From Candidatus Poribacteria bacterium (GTDB lineage: Bacteria; Poribacteria; WGA-4E; WGA-3G), in NCBI GenBank assembly GCA_963665235.2, contig CAXXLX010000001.1, forward strand, positions 1,120,001-1,184,000: 64,000 nucleotides of DNA, in the 5' to 3' direction. The translations under genes were made by a program, and so were the position numbers. The notes under the pieces are model-generated. The model did not search any database. It saw only the letters and a program-made list of their open reading frames with translations, and was not told the origin of the DNA. Shown here piece after piece: positions 1 to 10,154 of the stretch. Within the stretch, counting starts at the first letter, position 1; each line of letters begins with the position of its first letter.

Positions 1-15
1 CTAGACGATAGCGGC
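1..15 (-). tRNA. 5' fragment of a tRNA truncated by the window edge (probably tRNA-Glu)
   Basis: Minus strand reads GCCGCTATCGTCTAG (acceptor stem plus start of D arm), 13 nt downstream of tRNA-Gln; anticodon not visible. Confidence 0.5.
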
Positions 16-28
16 ACATAATAACGGA

Positions 29-99
29 CTGCCCGGGAAGGACTCGAACCTTCACTACATGGTCCAGAGCCATGCGTCCTGCCATTAGACGACCGGGCA
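29..99 (-). tRNA. tRNA-Gln(CTG)
   Basis: TGCCCGG/CCGGGCA acceptor stem, CATGG-CTCTGGA-CCATG anticodon arm, GGTTCGAGTCC T loop; CCA not encoded. Confidence 0.93.
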
Positions 100-168
100 T
101 TAATTCATGTATTATCAAGTATACCGGAATGACTATCGTTTGTCAATCTTTTTTCTCTCAATTAAGGT

Positions 169-369
169 TCAACCTACCCCTTTGAAGAGATTTTTGAACC
201 AATTGAGGATGTCACCTTGTTGTACAATACCGACGATGACGAGAATCACAAAGATAATTGCGCTCCAGACTAGGAGCCGCATAGCACGTTTGACGATACC
301 AATTATTAGGAGCACGGCAAATATGGCAGCAAATACAAAAAGCGGGTGAGTCTTGATGAATTCAAGCAT
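169..369 (-). CDS. small membrane protein (2 TM)
   Basis: 66 aa ORF with two hydrophobic segments, directly downstream of nuoN. Confidence 0.65.
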   Translation of the reverse strand: MLEFIKTHPLFVFAAIFAVLLIIGIVKRAMRLLVWSAIIFVILVIVGIVQQGDILNWFKNLFKGVG

Positions 370-413
370 AATTTCGCCTACGTCTTAGCGGACAATCTGC
401 CGAAGCCCGGCTG

Positions 414-1889
414 TTATTGCAAGGTAATATTCTTAGAGAACGTATAGAAGATATTGAGAAGGCCGATGAGAATTGTTGGCACAACAAAGACACTCAACAA
501 CGCAAAGGTGCCTTTAGAAAAAGAGAACGTATCGGTTTCTTCAGCGTCTTCAAGGTACATCGCTTTGACAATCCGGGCGTAGTAGTAGAGAGACACAACA
601 CTGTTCAACAATCCAACAATTGCCAGCCAGTACATGCCTTTATCAAGGACAGCGGTAAATAGTAGCCATTTTCCAAAGAAACCGGCAAACGGTGGTATGC
701 CTGTTAGTGAGAAGAGGAAAATCGCCATTGCCCCAGCGACTAAGGGGGCGCGTGAGGCTAATCCTTGGTAGCCTTCAATCATCTCACTGCCAGCCTCGTT
801 GGCAATCAGCACGACGACGTAAAACGCTCCCAAGTTCATAAAGAGGTAGACGACCAGGTAGAAGAGGATAGCTCCGATTCCTTCAGCGGTAAGCAGGACT
901 GCCCCCATCAATAGATAACCACCGTGCGCGATGCTGGAATACGCCAGCAACCGTTTGACATTCCGTTGCGGCAGCGCGGCAAGGTTGCCCAACGTCATCG
1001 TTAGCGCGGAGATTATTGCTAACAGAAATGGCCAATCAATAGATGTTATCAGCTCTGAACTGTCAAACCCTTCGTAGAAAAACCTGATGAACAGTGCGAA
1101 CCCTGCGGATTTTGAGGCAACAGAGAGAAAGGCTGTTATCGGAATAGGCGCGCCTTCATAAACGTCGGGGGACCACATGTGGAACGGTACAGAGGCTATC
1201 TTATACCCTATACCTGCAAGGATAAAGATGATTGAAATTAGGACAGGTAGCGAAGTCACCTCGCCTGCAGCGAGCAGCTCCGGGAGTCGGGTACTAATTT
1301 GCCCGAGGTCGCCTGTTCCTGCCATACCGAACAGTAGCGATAGCCCGAATAGCATTGTACCTGAAGCCACTGCCCCATAAGTGATATACTTGAACGCCGC
1401 CTCGCTTGAACGCGGACTATACGTTAAAAACCCTGCGAGAATATAGGATGTCAGACTCACTGTCTCCAACGAAATGAATATCATCAACAGGTTTGTTGAG
1501 GATGCCATGAGGAACATGCCGAACGTGACGGCTAACAATAAGGCGTAGTATTCGCCTTTCAACCGGGCATCCAGTTCTTCGGAACGTAGGGAGAACAGAA
1601 TCGTTGCGGCGGTCGCCAGAATTAGCAGAACTTTGAAAAATGCGGCAAATTTATCAAGGCGAATCATGCCGTGAAACAGAGAAAGCGAGTCGTTCTCACC
1701 GAGGGATGTGTGTGTGATAAGGACAGCGACTAAGGTGCACCCAAGCCCGACAAGCGAGAGATACCCAACCTTTTCACTTTCCCGATTTTTAACAATCAAA
1801 TCGAGGATAATGACTGCCGCTGCGAACACGACAAGGAGTATCTCCGGTGTGAAATAGGGAAGGCTTTCTATATTCTTTAAGTAATCCAC
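414..1889 (-). CDS. nuoN: NADH-quinone oxidoreductase subunit N
   Basis: PFHMWSPDVYEGAP and KRLLAYSSIAH motifs; operon position. Confidence 0.95.
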   Translation of the reverse strand: MDYLKNIESLPYFTPEILLVVFAAAVIILDLIVKNRESEKVGYLSLVGLGCTLVAVLITHTSLGENDSLSLFHGMIRLDKFAAFFKVLLILATAATILFSLRSEELDARLKGEYYALLLAVTFGMFLMASSTNLLMIFISLETVSLTSYILAGFLTYSPRSSEAAFKYITYGAVASGTMLFGLSLLFGMAGTGDLGQISTRLPELLAAGEVTSLPVLISIIFILAGIGYKIASVPFHMWSPDVYEGAPIPITAFLSVASKSAGFALFIRFFYEGFDSSELITSIDWPFLLAIISALTMTLGNLAALPQRNVKRLLAYSSIAHGGYLLMGAVLLTAEGIGAILFYLVVYLFMNLGAFYVVVLIANEAGSEMIEGYQGLASRAPLVAGAMAIFLFSLTGIPPFAGFFGKWLLFTAVLDKGMYWLAIVGLLNSVVSLYYYARIVKAMYLEDAEETDTFSFSKGTFALLSVFVVPTILIGLLNIFYTFSKNITLQ

Positions 1890-1898
1890 ACCGTCCTC

Positions 1899-3425
1899 CT
1901 ATAGACCCGCTTGGAGGGTGCCCACAATTTTTGTGAGTTCCATAACGGATTCCCTGAACATATCGATGGCGAAATGGGGCCAGATGCCGAGGACAATGGT
2001 GAGAATGCCGAGCGGTACAAGTGTTAGGATTTCCCTGCCATTAATTTCGGGAAGTGCTTCATACTTCGGATTGAGTGTGCCTAAGAAAACCCGTTGGAGT
2101 GTCCAGAGGAAGTATGCTGCGCCAACAACAATTCCAATCGTAGACAAAATAGCCAACGTCTCGAATTTCTCGTAAGCTCCGAGCAGGGAGAGTGCTTCAC
2201 CCACAAATCCGCTTAAGCCGGGCAATCCCAAAGATGCCATAAACGCAAGCGTTGTGATGCCTGTATAGATGGGCATTTTGCTTCCTAAACCGCCGAACCC
2301 GTTAATTTCACGATGGTGCGCGCGGTCGTAAAGCACACCGACAAGTAGGAAGAGCATCGCACTGATAACGCCGTGATTGAACATCTGGAGAATCGCTCCT
2401 GTAACCCCCGCACTGTTTCGCGCAGCGAGCCCCAAGATGACAAACCCCATGTGCCCAATACTGGAATACGCGACCAATTTCTTAAAGTCGGTCTGCGCTA
2501 ATGCACAGAAGGAGCCGTAGACGATATTAATAAAACCGAGTAAGGCAAGACTATTGCCTACGAAACCAACCCCGTTAGTGAAATAGTCTAAACCTTGCGG
2601 GAACATCGCCATGTTAATCCGCACTAAGCCGTAAGTGCCCATCTTTAAAAGGATACCGGCAAGGATAACGCTAATCGCTGTCGGTGCTTCAACGTGTGCA
2701 TCCGGGAGCCAGGTATGGAAGGGGAAAATTGGCACTTTAACAGCAAATCCAACGAAGAAACCGAGGAACACCCAAATCTGGAAACTTAGATTATTGAGGG
2801 CATGGCCTTCTGTAGAAGCCAACGTGATAAGCGTTGGGATATCAAACGTCCGGGCACCTGGGGCACCACTATTTAGATACACCGCTATCATTGCAACTAA
2901 CATCAGTACACTGCCGAAAAGTGTATAGAGGAAGAATTTAATGGCAGCGTATTCTCGACGCGGTCCACCCCACACACCGATGAGGAAATACATCGGCAAC
3001 AGTGTCAATTCAAAGAAGACGTAGAAGAGAAATAGGTCTAACGCAGCGAAAAAGCCAAGCATGCCTGTTTCCAATAACAGGAACAGTGCCATATACGCCT
3101 TAATGCCCTTCTCGATATTGCGCCATGACGCAAGCACACAAATTGGGCCCAAGAGGGCAGTGAGTAGCAGGAGCGTTACGCTTAAACCGTCAATGCCGAC
3201 GTGATATTGGATATTGAACGCCTCAATCCAAGCGATGGGCCCCTCGACTTCTTGCTTTCCAGCAAGCGTCCGGTCGTAAGTTATAAATAAGTACACTGCG
3301 ATGATGAGCGGAACAAGCGTAAAGGCGAGTGCAACCCGCTTAATCAATTCCTCCGACTCTCGCGGTAGAAGTAAAACAACTATCATCCCAAGTAATGGGA
3401 CAAAAATCATGAGTGACAATACCAT
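1899..3425 (-). CDS. nuoM: NADH-quinone oxidoreductase subunit M
   Basis: FPFHTWLPDAHVEAPT and LLKMGTYG motifs. Confidence 0.95.
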   Translation of the reverse strand: MVLSLMIFVPLLGMIVVLLLPRESEELIKRVALAFTLVPLIIAVYLFITYDRTLAGKQEVEGPIAWIEAFNIQYHVGIDGLSVTLLLLTALLGPICVLASWRNIEKGIKAYMALFLLLETGMLGFFAALDLFLFYVFFELTLLPMYFLIGVWGGPRREYAAIKFFLYTLFGSVLMLVAMIAVYLNSGAPGARTFDIPTLITLASTEGHALNNLSFQIWVFLGFFVGFAVKVPIFPFHTWLPDAHVEAPTAISVILAGILLKMGTYGLVRINMAMFPQGLDYFTNGVGFVGNSLALLGFINIVYGSFCALAQTDFKKLVAYSSIGHMGFVILGLAARNSAGVTGAILQMFNHGVISAMLFLLVGVLYDRAHHREINGFGGLGSKMPIYTGITTLAFMASLGLPGLSGFVGEALSLLGAYEKFETLAILSTIGIVVGAAYFLWTLQRVFLGTLNPKYEALPEINGREILTLVPLGILTIVLGIWPHFAIDMFRESVMELTKIVGTLQAGL

Positions 3426-3441
3426 ATTATCAATCCAATCC

Positions 3442-5649
3442 TTACAAAATTCGGAAAATCAATATTATCAACACTATTCCGCCAAGGACAATAAACAGAT
3501 AGGTCTGAATTGCCCCTGTCTGAATTCGACGGATTCTGCCACCGGCTCTCCACGTAACGTGGGCAACCCGATTGACAATCCCATCAACCACGCGGTTATC
3601 AAAAAAGCCGATGAAGGCGGCAAAGATATTTCGCGTCACAAATCCGACACCGTTGACAATCCCATCAACGATGCTCCCATCAAACCGGGCGAAAAGCCGC
3701 GACTTCCACACCGTTAGCGCGACTAGCACCCCGTCGTAAAATTCATCAAAATAGTACTTGCGCCAAAACAGATTGTATAGCGGTCGGAAAGTCGTAGCGA
3801 CAGATTCCGGGGAAAGCCTACGCGCATAGTAAAACAACCACGAAAGTAGGATGCCTAACCCCGCAACACAGATAGACAACACCATAGCGATGGTATGCGC
3901 CGGTCCGTGTCCATGATGTGCATCCGCTCCCAGTTCAGTACCGTTCGCGCCCTCCTCTTCAGCGGCTACTGCTTCAGAAACCCCGAAGAACGTTATGTTG
4001 AACTTTGCATCGCCTATTTCGGTATCAGGTAAGACCTGTGCATGTTGCACACTATGCATAAAGGGTTGTTCTGGCGGTTTTACATAGTCCTTGTTGAACC
4101 AGATAGTATTCACGACAGGAAAACTCAGCAGGGCTAGCACGACAAGCGGAACCGTCATGACCAGCGGGGATTCGTGTGCCATGTTGTGCATCTCCTGATT
4201 GCGCGGCTCACCGAAAAAGGTCATGAAGATGAGACGGAACATATAGAACGCGGTAATCCCTGCTGCAAGAAGTGCTATACCGAACAGAATATAGTGATGT
4301 GCAGAATTCCATTCCATCGCCCGTTCAAGTACGCCCGCTAAAACCTTATCCTTACTCCAGAAACCGGAGAAAATGAACGGGACACCAGAGATAGACAACG
4401 TTGCGATGAGCATCGTGACGAAGGTAATAGGCATCTTGCGGCGGAGCCCCCCCATGTTTCGCATATCCTGGTCGGGTGGGATGTCGGAACCGTGGGCATG
4501 TGCTAAACTGTGGTCATCGTGTTCATGTTCATCATCGTCATCATGAGAATGGGCATGCATCGCATGGAAGGCGTGAATAACACTGCCAGAGCCGAGGAAC
4601 AGCAACGCTTTGAAAAAGGCGTGCGTCGTGAGATGGAAAAGTCCTGCGACATAACTGCCAGCCCCTATTGCTAACATCATATACCCCAATTGGCTAATCG
4701 TAGAGTATGCCAAAACGCGCTTAATGTCAAATCGAACGATAGCGATAGTCGCGGCGACCAGGGCAGTAATGCCGCCAACATAAGCGATTACCAACGACGA
4801 GGTCGGTGTCAAAATCGGGAACATCCGCGCAGTGAGATAGACCCCTGCGGCGACCATCGTCGCGGCGTGAATTAAAGCACTGACAGGTGTCGGGCCCTCC
4901 ATGGCATCGGGCAGCCATGTGTGTAACGGCACCTGTGCAGATTTACCGACGGCACCACAAAAGATAAGAATACCCGCAATTGAAAGCCACACCAGCCCGG
5001 TAGTATCCGCCGTAAAACTTTCAGGGTTGGTAATCAGCGTAAAAATGCCGTTGTCTCCGTAGAGGGAAAGCGTTTTAAATTTGGCAAACAGCATCATCAT
5101 GCCGATAAACATGCCGACATCTCCGACGCGTGTCGTGAGGAAGGCTTTCTTACATGCATTCGCAGCGGAGTCCTTTTCAAACCAGAAACCGATAAGCAGG
5201 TAAGAGCAGAGACCGACAAGCTCCCAACCGATGTAGATGCCGAGCAGGTTGTCCGATACAACTAAAAATAGCATCGAAAAGGAGAAAAGCGAAAGGTAAG
5301 CGAAAAACCTGGGGTACCGCGGGTCGCCGTGCATGTAGCCTATCGAGAAAATATGGACGAGGGCACTAACCAGCGTGACGACAATCAGCATTATGACTGT
5401 GACGCTGTCTAGGTAAAACCCCATTGAAAAGGTAATATCACCGAGTGAAATCCAATCCACAGTGTGTGGTGCCGGTGTCGGAACGACTTCTCGTAAGAGC
5501 CAGAGGGAGCAGCCGAGGGCGATAAGCATTGCCGCGGTGGACAGATAGTCTTGCCTGGGGAAGCTCCGTTTCGCTAATCCCAATAGCGCGAAGACTGCAA
5601 AAGCCGCAAGCGGGCAAAGTAAGATGATACTAATTAATGGAACAACCAT
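3442..5649 (-). CDS. nuoL: NADH-quinone oxidoreductase subunit L
   Basis: GKSAQVPLHTWLPDAMEGPTPVSALIHAATMV motif. Confidence 0.95.
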   Translation of the reverse strand: MVVPLISIILLCPLAAFAVFALLGLAKRSFPRQDYLSTAAMLIALGCSLWLLREVVPTPAPHTVDWISLGDITFSMGFYLDSVTVIMLIVVTLVSALVHIFSIGYMHGDPRYPRFFAYLSLFSFSMLFLVVSDNLLGIYIGWELVGLCSYLLIGFWFEKDSAANACKKAFLTTRVGDVGMFIGMMMLFAKFKTLSLYGDNGIFTLITNPESFTADTTGLVWLSIAGILIFCGAVGKSAQVPLHTWLPDAMEGPTPVSALIHAATMVAAGVYLTARMFPILTPTSSLVIAYVGGITALVAATIAIVRFDIKRVLAYSTISQLGYMMLAIGAGSYVAGLFHLTTHAFFKALLFLGSGSVIHAFHAMHAHSHDDDDEHEHDDHSLAHAHGSDIPPDQDMRNMGGLRRKMPITFVTMLIATLSISGVPFIFSGFWSKDKVLAGVLERAMEWNSAHHYILFGIALLAAGITAFYMFRLIFMTFFGEPRNQEMHNMAHESPLVMTVPLVVLALLSFPVVNTIWFNKDYVKPPEQPFMHSVQHAQVLPDTEIGDAKFNITFFGVSEAVAAEEEGANGTELGADAHHGHGPAHTIAMVLSICVAGLGILLSWLFYYARRLSPESVATTFRPLYNLFWRKYYFDEFYDGVLVALTVWKSRLFARFDGSIVDGIVNGVGFVTRNIFAAFIGFFDNRVVDGIVNRVAHVTWRAGGRIRRIQTGAIQTYLFIVLGGIVLIILIFRIL

Positions 5650-5659
5650 ATTTTTATTT

Positions 5660-5968
5660 TTAACCTTTCAATGTATCTACTTCGTCCGGGCGTATGCTGC
5701 CAAATTCACGGTAGATAGCGAGGATAATTGCGAGAAAAACCGCTGCTTCCGCTGCAGCAAGCACAATACCGAAAATCGAGATTATCTGTCCCTCAATGTT
5801 TTCGGGCGGTGTAACGAACCGAGAAAACGCCGCAAAGTTCAGATTACACGAATTAAGAATGAGTTCAATACCCATCAAAATACTGATAGCGTTCCGGCGG
5901 GTTAGCACCGCGAAAATGCCAAGCGTGAACAAAATAGAACTGATTACCAAGTAGTGTTGTAATGTCAT
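5660..5968 (-). CDS. nuoK: NADH-quinone oxidoreductase subunit K
   Basis: RRN..LMGIELILN and AAAEAAV motifs. Confidence 0.95.
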   Translation of the reverse strand: MTLQHYLVISSILFTLGIFAVLTRRNAISILMGIELILNSCNLNFAAFSRFVTPPENIEGQIISIFGIVLAAAEAAVFLAIILAIYREFGSIRPDEVDTLKG

Positions 5969-6003
5969 CTTCTCTTTTTATCCTACAAGCGTGCTTCAGG
6001 GGT

Positions 6004-6522
6004 TTAGTCCCGGACCTCTTTCCGAGAAATTAGGGCTGCACCAATTAGCGCGACTAACAACAGCACGGAGACAACCTCAAACGGAAGTAGAAACTTATCA
6101 TTTAAAATCAGGGTACCGATGCGCTCCGTTGTCGGCTCAAGGGGGGTGCCATCATCCCCTAAGTTTTTCCACATCGGTGTATTGGCGATGACAGTCAAAA
6201 GCAGCATCAGCAATGCGATTGCAACCCCCGCCCCTAGCAGGAGTTGTCCCCGTTCAATGTGAATTCGCATCTCCAACCGGCCGCTGGTCATCATCACGCC
6301 GAAGAGGATGAGAACGAGGATGCCGCCGACATAGACGATGACCTGTGTGGCAGCGAGAAAATCTGCTTGTAGAAAGACGTAAAGTCCCGCCACACCGAAA
6401 AGTGTCACCATTAATGAAAATGCCGCATGGACAATGTTCCGCACTGTCACCACAACAAATGCCGAGGCAACTGTTAATAGGGCAAATCCGTAAAAAATAA
6501 ATGTTTTGAGTGTGAATTCCAT
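6004..6522 (-). CDS. nuoJ: NADH-quinone oxidoreductase subunit J
   Basis: QVIVYVGGILVL and LPFEVVSVLLL motifs. Confidence 0.95.
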   Translation of the reverse strand: MEFTLKTFIFYGFALLTVASAFVVVTVRNIVHAAFSLMVTLFGVAGLYVFLQADFLAATQVIVYVGGILVLILFGVMMTSGRLEMRIHIERGQLLLGAGVAIALLMLLLTVIANTPMWKNLGDDGTPLEPTTERIGTLILNDKFLLPFEVVSVLLLVALIGAALISRKEVRD

Positions 6523-6530
6523 CTATACAA

Positions 6531-7259
6531 CTAATCTGCAGCTTCTACTTCAGCCGCTTCCTCTTCTTCCTCTTTGTCGTACATCTCCTGCTTATCAAAA
6601 TGGTAGATTAAATCGGTGCGGTCAAACTTCGAGTACTCAATTCCCTCAAGCGTATCCTTCATCGTGAGGCATTCTGTCGGGCAAACCTCGGTACAAAGGC
6701 CACAATACATACAGAGGGACATATCAATATCGAACTGGTCAAGATAAAAGACGACCGGATTTCGCGTAACGACGCGCGAGACCTCATCTCCAGCCAAGGT
6801 CTCTGTCCGACTCTCATCTCCCGACGGTTCGAGCCGGTCTGCGACGACCTGGGGCCCTTGACGTGAGGTGATATTTGTGAGGGTTATTGCGTCTTCGGGG
6901 TTTATTTTTTTGCTGTCCCCCTCAATGATACCGATGACTTCACGTCCATCCTTGAGATGCACGACGTTCATGCTATCCCACAGTTGTTCACCTTTTGGCA
7001 GTTTGTCGCCTACAATCGTAATGCAATCCACCGGACAAATCAGCTCACACTTTTTGCATCCGATGCAATCCTCGATGCGATTGTAGAGTTGTCCGCGATA
7101 TCCTTTCGGAATTTCTCGAACGTTCCGTTTCTTTTCGTAATCGTGCTCGTAAGGGTATTGATGTGTCACGTTCGGTTCAAAAAACTGCCGAATCGTAATC
7201 CGCATCCCGACGAGAACGGTGTAAACACCTTTGTATATGTTCCGTATATATTTGTCCAT
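6531..7259 (-). CDS. nuoI: NADH-quinone oxidoreductase subunit I with a long insertion between its 4Fe-4S motifs
   Basis: VTHQYPYE, CIGCKKCELICP and CMYCGLCTEVCP; start set at MDKY (7259) after a GGAGG ribosome site. Confidence 0.9.
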   Translation of the reverse strand: MDKYIRNIYKGVYTVLVGMRITIRQFFEPNVTHQYPYEHDYEKKRNVREIPKGYRGQLYNRIEDCIGCKKCELICPVDCITIVGDKLPKGEQLWDSMNVVHLKDGREVIGIIEGDSKKINPEDAITLTNITSRQGPQVVADRLEPSGDESRTETLAGDEVSRVVTRNPVVFYLDQFDIDMSLCMYCGLCTEVCPTECLTMKDTLEGIEYSKFDRTDLIYHFDKQEMYDKEEEEEAAEVEAAD

Positions 7260-7276
7260 TAGGATAAAGACCTCCG

Positions 7277-8497
7277 TTAAGCAGAACTTGCTTGTGCATC
7301 CGGTTTCCGCGAGAGGCTCCGCCCGGCAATCGCGTACGCACTGATTAGACCGACATAGATAATCGCACAACTGATTCCTGTGCTCCACACACTGTCCTGT
7401 TTAAAAATCAATCCCCATATTCCTGTGCCTAATATGTTGAAGAAGGAGATTGGGATGAAATATTTCCAACAGAGATTCATGAGCTGATCGACGCGTAGGC
7501 GCGGTAGTGTCCACCGCAACCACATCATCAAAAAGACAAGTGCTAACGTCTTGATAACGAAACCGGGAAACCCTGCAAGGAAGTGAAAGTCTACCCCCGG
7601 CAAAATACCACCCCAACCACCGAGGAAAAGCGTCACGCCAATGGCACTGACGGCGAACATATTTGCGTATTCCGCGATGAAGAAGAGCGCGAACCGCATG
7701 CCGCTGTACTCTGTGTGAAACCCGGCAACAATTTCGGACTCCGCCTCAGGTAAATCGAACGGGGTACGGTTAACCTCAGCGATAGACGAGATAAAGAAGA
7801 TAAAGAACGCAATGAAAGTAAACGGTGTCCGGAAAATCAACCAGTCAAAGATGCCGTTGCTCTGGTTTTGTACAATCTCCGCCATATTCAGGGTACCAAC
7901 TAACATGACAACGGTAAGAATAGCGAGCCCGAGCGGGATTTCATAGCTCACAATTTGTGCAGCGGAGCGGAGTGCACCTAATAACGACCATTTGCTGTTT
8001 GAAGACCAGCCCGCCATAATCACGCCCATGACAATCACAGAGGAAATCGCCATAATGTAGAAGATGCCGATGTTAAATTCGCTTACGAGGATGCCTTGTC
8101 CGAACGGAATTGCGGCGAAAACGGCGAAGGAACATGCAAAAATGATATACGGCGCAAGCAGGAAAAGAAGTCTATCCCCCTGCGGCGGAATGTAATCCTC
8201 TTTGAAGATGAGTTTTACGCCATCTGCTAACGTTTGGAGCGTGCCCCAAGGACCAACGCGCATCGGGCCGGTACGGTTCTGAAAACGGGCGGAGACTTTA
8301 CGTTCCGCAAGCACTAATACTAGAGGGAGCAACGGTACAACAGCAACGAAAATGCCGGCACATGCAAACATGACTAGCACCGTGCTGAGCTCCAGCGGGA
8401 AGTTTGGCAGAACATTCTGCGCAAACCTTTCCGCCCAATTTCCGGCGGTTCCATCCTGAACCTGCATAAAAAAACCACTAGGTAAAATATCGTTCAT
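7277..8497 (-). CDS. nuoH: NADH-quinone oxidoreductase subunit H
   Basis: ERKVSARFQNRTGP and RTPFDLPEAESEIVAGFHTEYSG motifs. Confidence 0.95.
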   Translation of the reverse strand: MNDILPSGFFMQVQDGTAGNWAERFAQNVLPNFPLELSTVLVMFACAGIFVAVVPLLPLVLVLAERKVSARFQNRTGPMRVGPWGTLQTLADGVKLIFKEDYIPPQGDRLLFLLAPYIIFACSFAVFAAIPFGQGILVSEFNIGIFYIMAISSVIVMGVIMAGWSSNSKWSLLGALRSAAQIVSYEIPLGLAILTVVMLVGTLNMAEIVQNQSNGIFDWLIFRTPFTFIAFFIFFISSIAEVNRTPFDLPEAESEIVAGFHTEYSGMRFALFFIAEYANMFAVSAIGVTLFLGGWGGILPGVDFHFLAGFPGFVIKTLALVFLMMWLRWTLPRLRVDQLMNLCWKYFIPISFFNILGTGIWGLIFKQDSVWSTGISCAIIYVGLISAYAIAGRSLSRKPDAQASSA

Positions 8498-8518
8498 GTG
8501 ACATCCTTATTAGAAAGA

Positions 8519-9721
8519 TTACCGGTCAACTTCTCCCATCACGATATCAATACTGCCGATAATAGCGATAATATCGGCGACCATCAAGCCTCGACTCAGT
8601 TCCTGTAACGCGCTTAATGCACTGAAACAGGGTGAACGGCCTTTGACACGTACCGGTTTCGGTGTGCCATCACTGACGATGTAAAATCCAAGTTCGCCGC
8701 GGGGGGCTTCACTCCGGAAATAGATTTCGCCTTTCGGCGGGCGGACCGCCTTCAAATCTGCCATGACGGGGCCATCTGGAAGGCCCTCAGCTAGAATCTG
8801 TCGGACTATCCGCACGGACTGTTTCATTTCATCCATGCGGACTTTGTACCGGCTCCAGCAGTCTCCAAGGACCGCGCCTAACTCCGGAATATCCTTTGCA
8901 ATAGGTACATCAAAGTCAAATCTGTCATAGATGGAATAAGGTTCGTCTCGCCGCAGATCCCAATCTACTCCGGAGCCGCGTATATTCGGTCCGGTTGCGC
9001 CGTAGCTAAGTGCCATCTCTGCTGACATGATAGCGACACCCATAGTTCGCTCAGCGAAAATGCTGTTTGATGTTAGCAGCTCGTTGTATTCATCAATCTT
9101 CGGCTCAAAATAGTCCAGAAATTCTGCAATTTCATCTAGAAAGCTCTGTTCCGTGAGGGAGCCCGGTTCCATGGGGATGATTTCAGAAACACCGCCGATA
9201 CGGATATAGTTATAGGTAAGCCTCGCGCCGCAGACCTTCTCAAAAAGGAGGAGAAGTTTCTCCCGGTCTCGGAAGGCATAGAGAAATGGGGTAAATGCCC
9301 CGATGTCCATTCCATAAGTTCCGAACGAGAGCAGATGGCTTGCGATTCGATTCAGTTCACAGATAAGCACTCGTAGGTATTCCGCCCGTTCTGGAACTGC
9401 AAATTCGCGTTTTTCATCTGCCTCGAGCAGTTTTTCGACGGCAAGGCAAAATCCCCAATTCTGGTTCATTGCAGCGACGTAATCCATCCGGTCGGTAAAC
9501 GGGATAATCTGAGGATAGGATAGGTTTTCCGAATGCTTTTCAAAACAGCGGTGAAGGTACCCGATGTGCGGAATCGCTTCTCGTACCACTTCACCATCTA
9601 GTTTCAATTCCAGCCGTAAAACCCCGTGTGTGCTCGGATGCTGGGGCCCCATGTTAACGACCATCTCATCGGCGAACGGTTTCAACTCTACAAATTTGCT
9701 TTCTGTTTGTTGTGCTTCCAT
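8519..9721 (-). CDS. nuoD: NADH-quinone oxidoreductase subunit D
   Basis: NMGPQHPSTHGVLRL and C-terminal DIVMGEVDR. Confidence 0.95.
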   Translation of the reverse strand: MEAQQTESKFVELKPFADEMVVNMGPQHPSTHGVLRLELKLDGEVVREAIPHIGYLHRCFEKHSENLSYPQIIPFTDRMDYVAAMNQNWGFCLAVEKLLEADEKREFAVPERAEYLRVLICELNRIASHLLSFGTYGMDIGAFTPFLYAFRDREKLLLLFEKVCGARLTYNYIRIGGVSEIIPMEPGSLTEQSFLDEIAEFLDYFEPKIDEYNELLTSNSIFAERTMGVAIMSAEMALSYGATGPNIRGSGVDWDLRRDEPYSIYDRFDFDVPIAKDIPELGAVLGDCWSRYKVRMDEMKQSVRIVRQILAEGLPDGPVMADLKAVRPPKGEIYFRSEAPRGELGFYIVSDGTPKPVRVKGRSPCFSALSALQELSRGLMVADIIAIIGSIDIVMGEVDR

Positions 9722-9778
9722 AGCATAGGCTCTAAAAAGATTAATGTGTTCGGTATGATGTTTAATAATACTTTTTTT

Positions 9779-10140
9779 TCAATCTGCTGTCAAGTCGCGA
9801 GCACAGCTCGCTCCTACAGAAGAGGTTTGCTGATTTTTCAATCTGCTGTCAAGTCGCGAGCACAGCTCGCTCCTACAGAAGAGGTTTGCTGATTTTTCAA
9901 TCTGCTGTCAAGTCGCGAGCACAGCTCGCTCCTACAGAGGAGGTTTACTGAACAACTGGCGAAAATATAGTCGCGAGTCCAGCTTGCTCCTACAGAGGAG
10001 TTTTGCTGAACAACTGGCGAAAATATAGTCGCGAGTCCAGCTTGCTCCTACAGAGGAGGTTTGCTGATTTTTCAATCTGCTGTCAAGTCGCGTGCACAGC
10101 ACGCTCCTACAGAGGAGGTTTGCTGATTTTTCAATCTGTT
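9779..10140 (-). repeat. tandem array of 6 GTAG-type REP-like palindromes (~59 bp period) between nuoC and nuoD
   Basis: Core GTAGGAGCGAGCTGTGCTCGCGAC and variants on the minus strand at about 9794, 9853, 9912, 9970, 10028 and 10087. Confidence 0.85.
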
Positions 10141-10154
10141 GTGAGGAATAGCAG

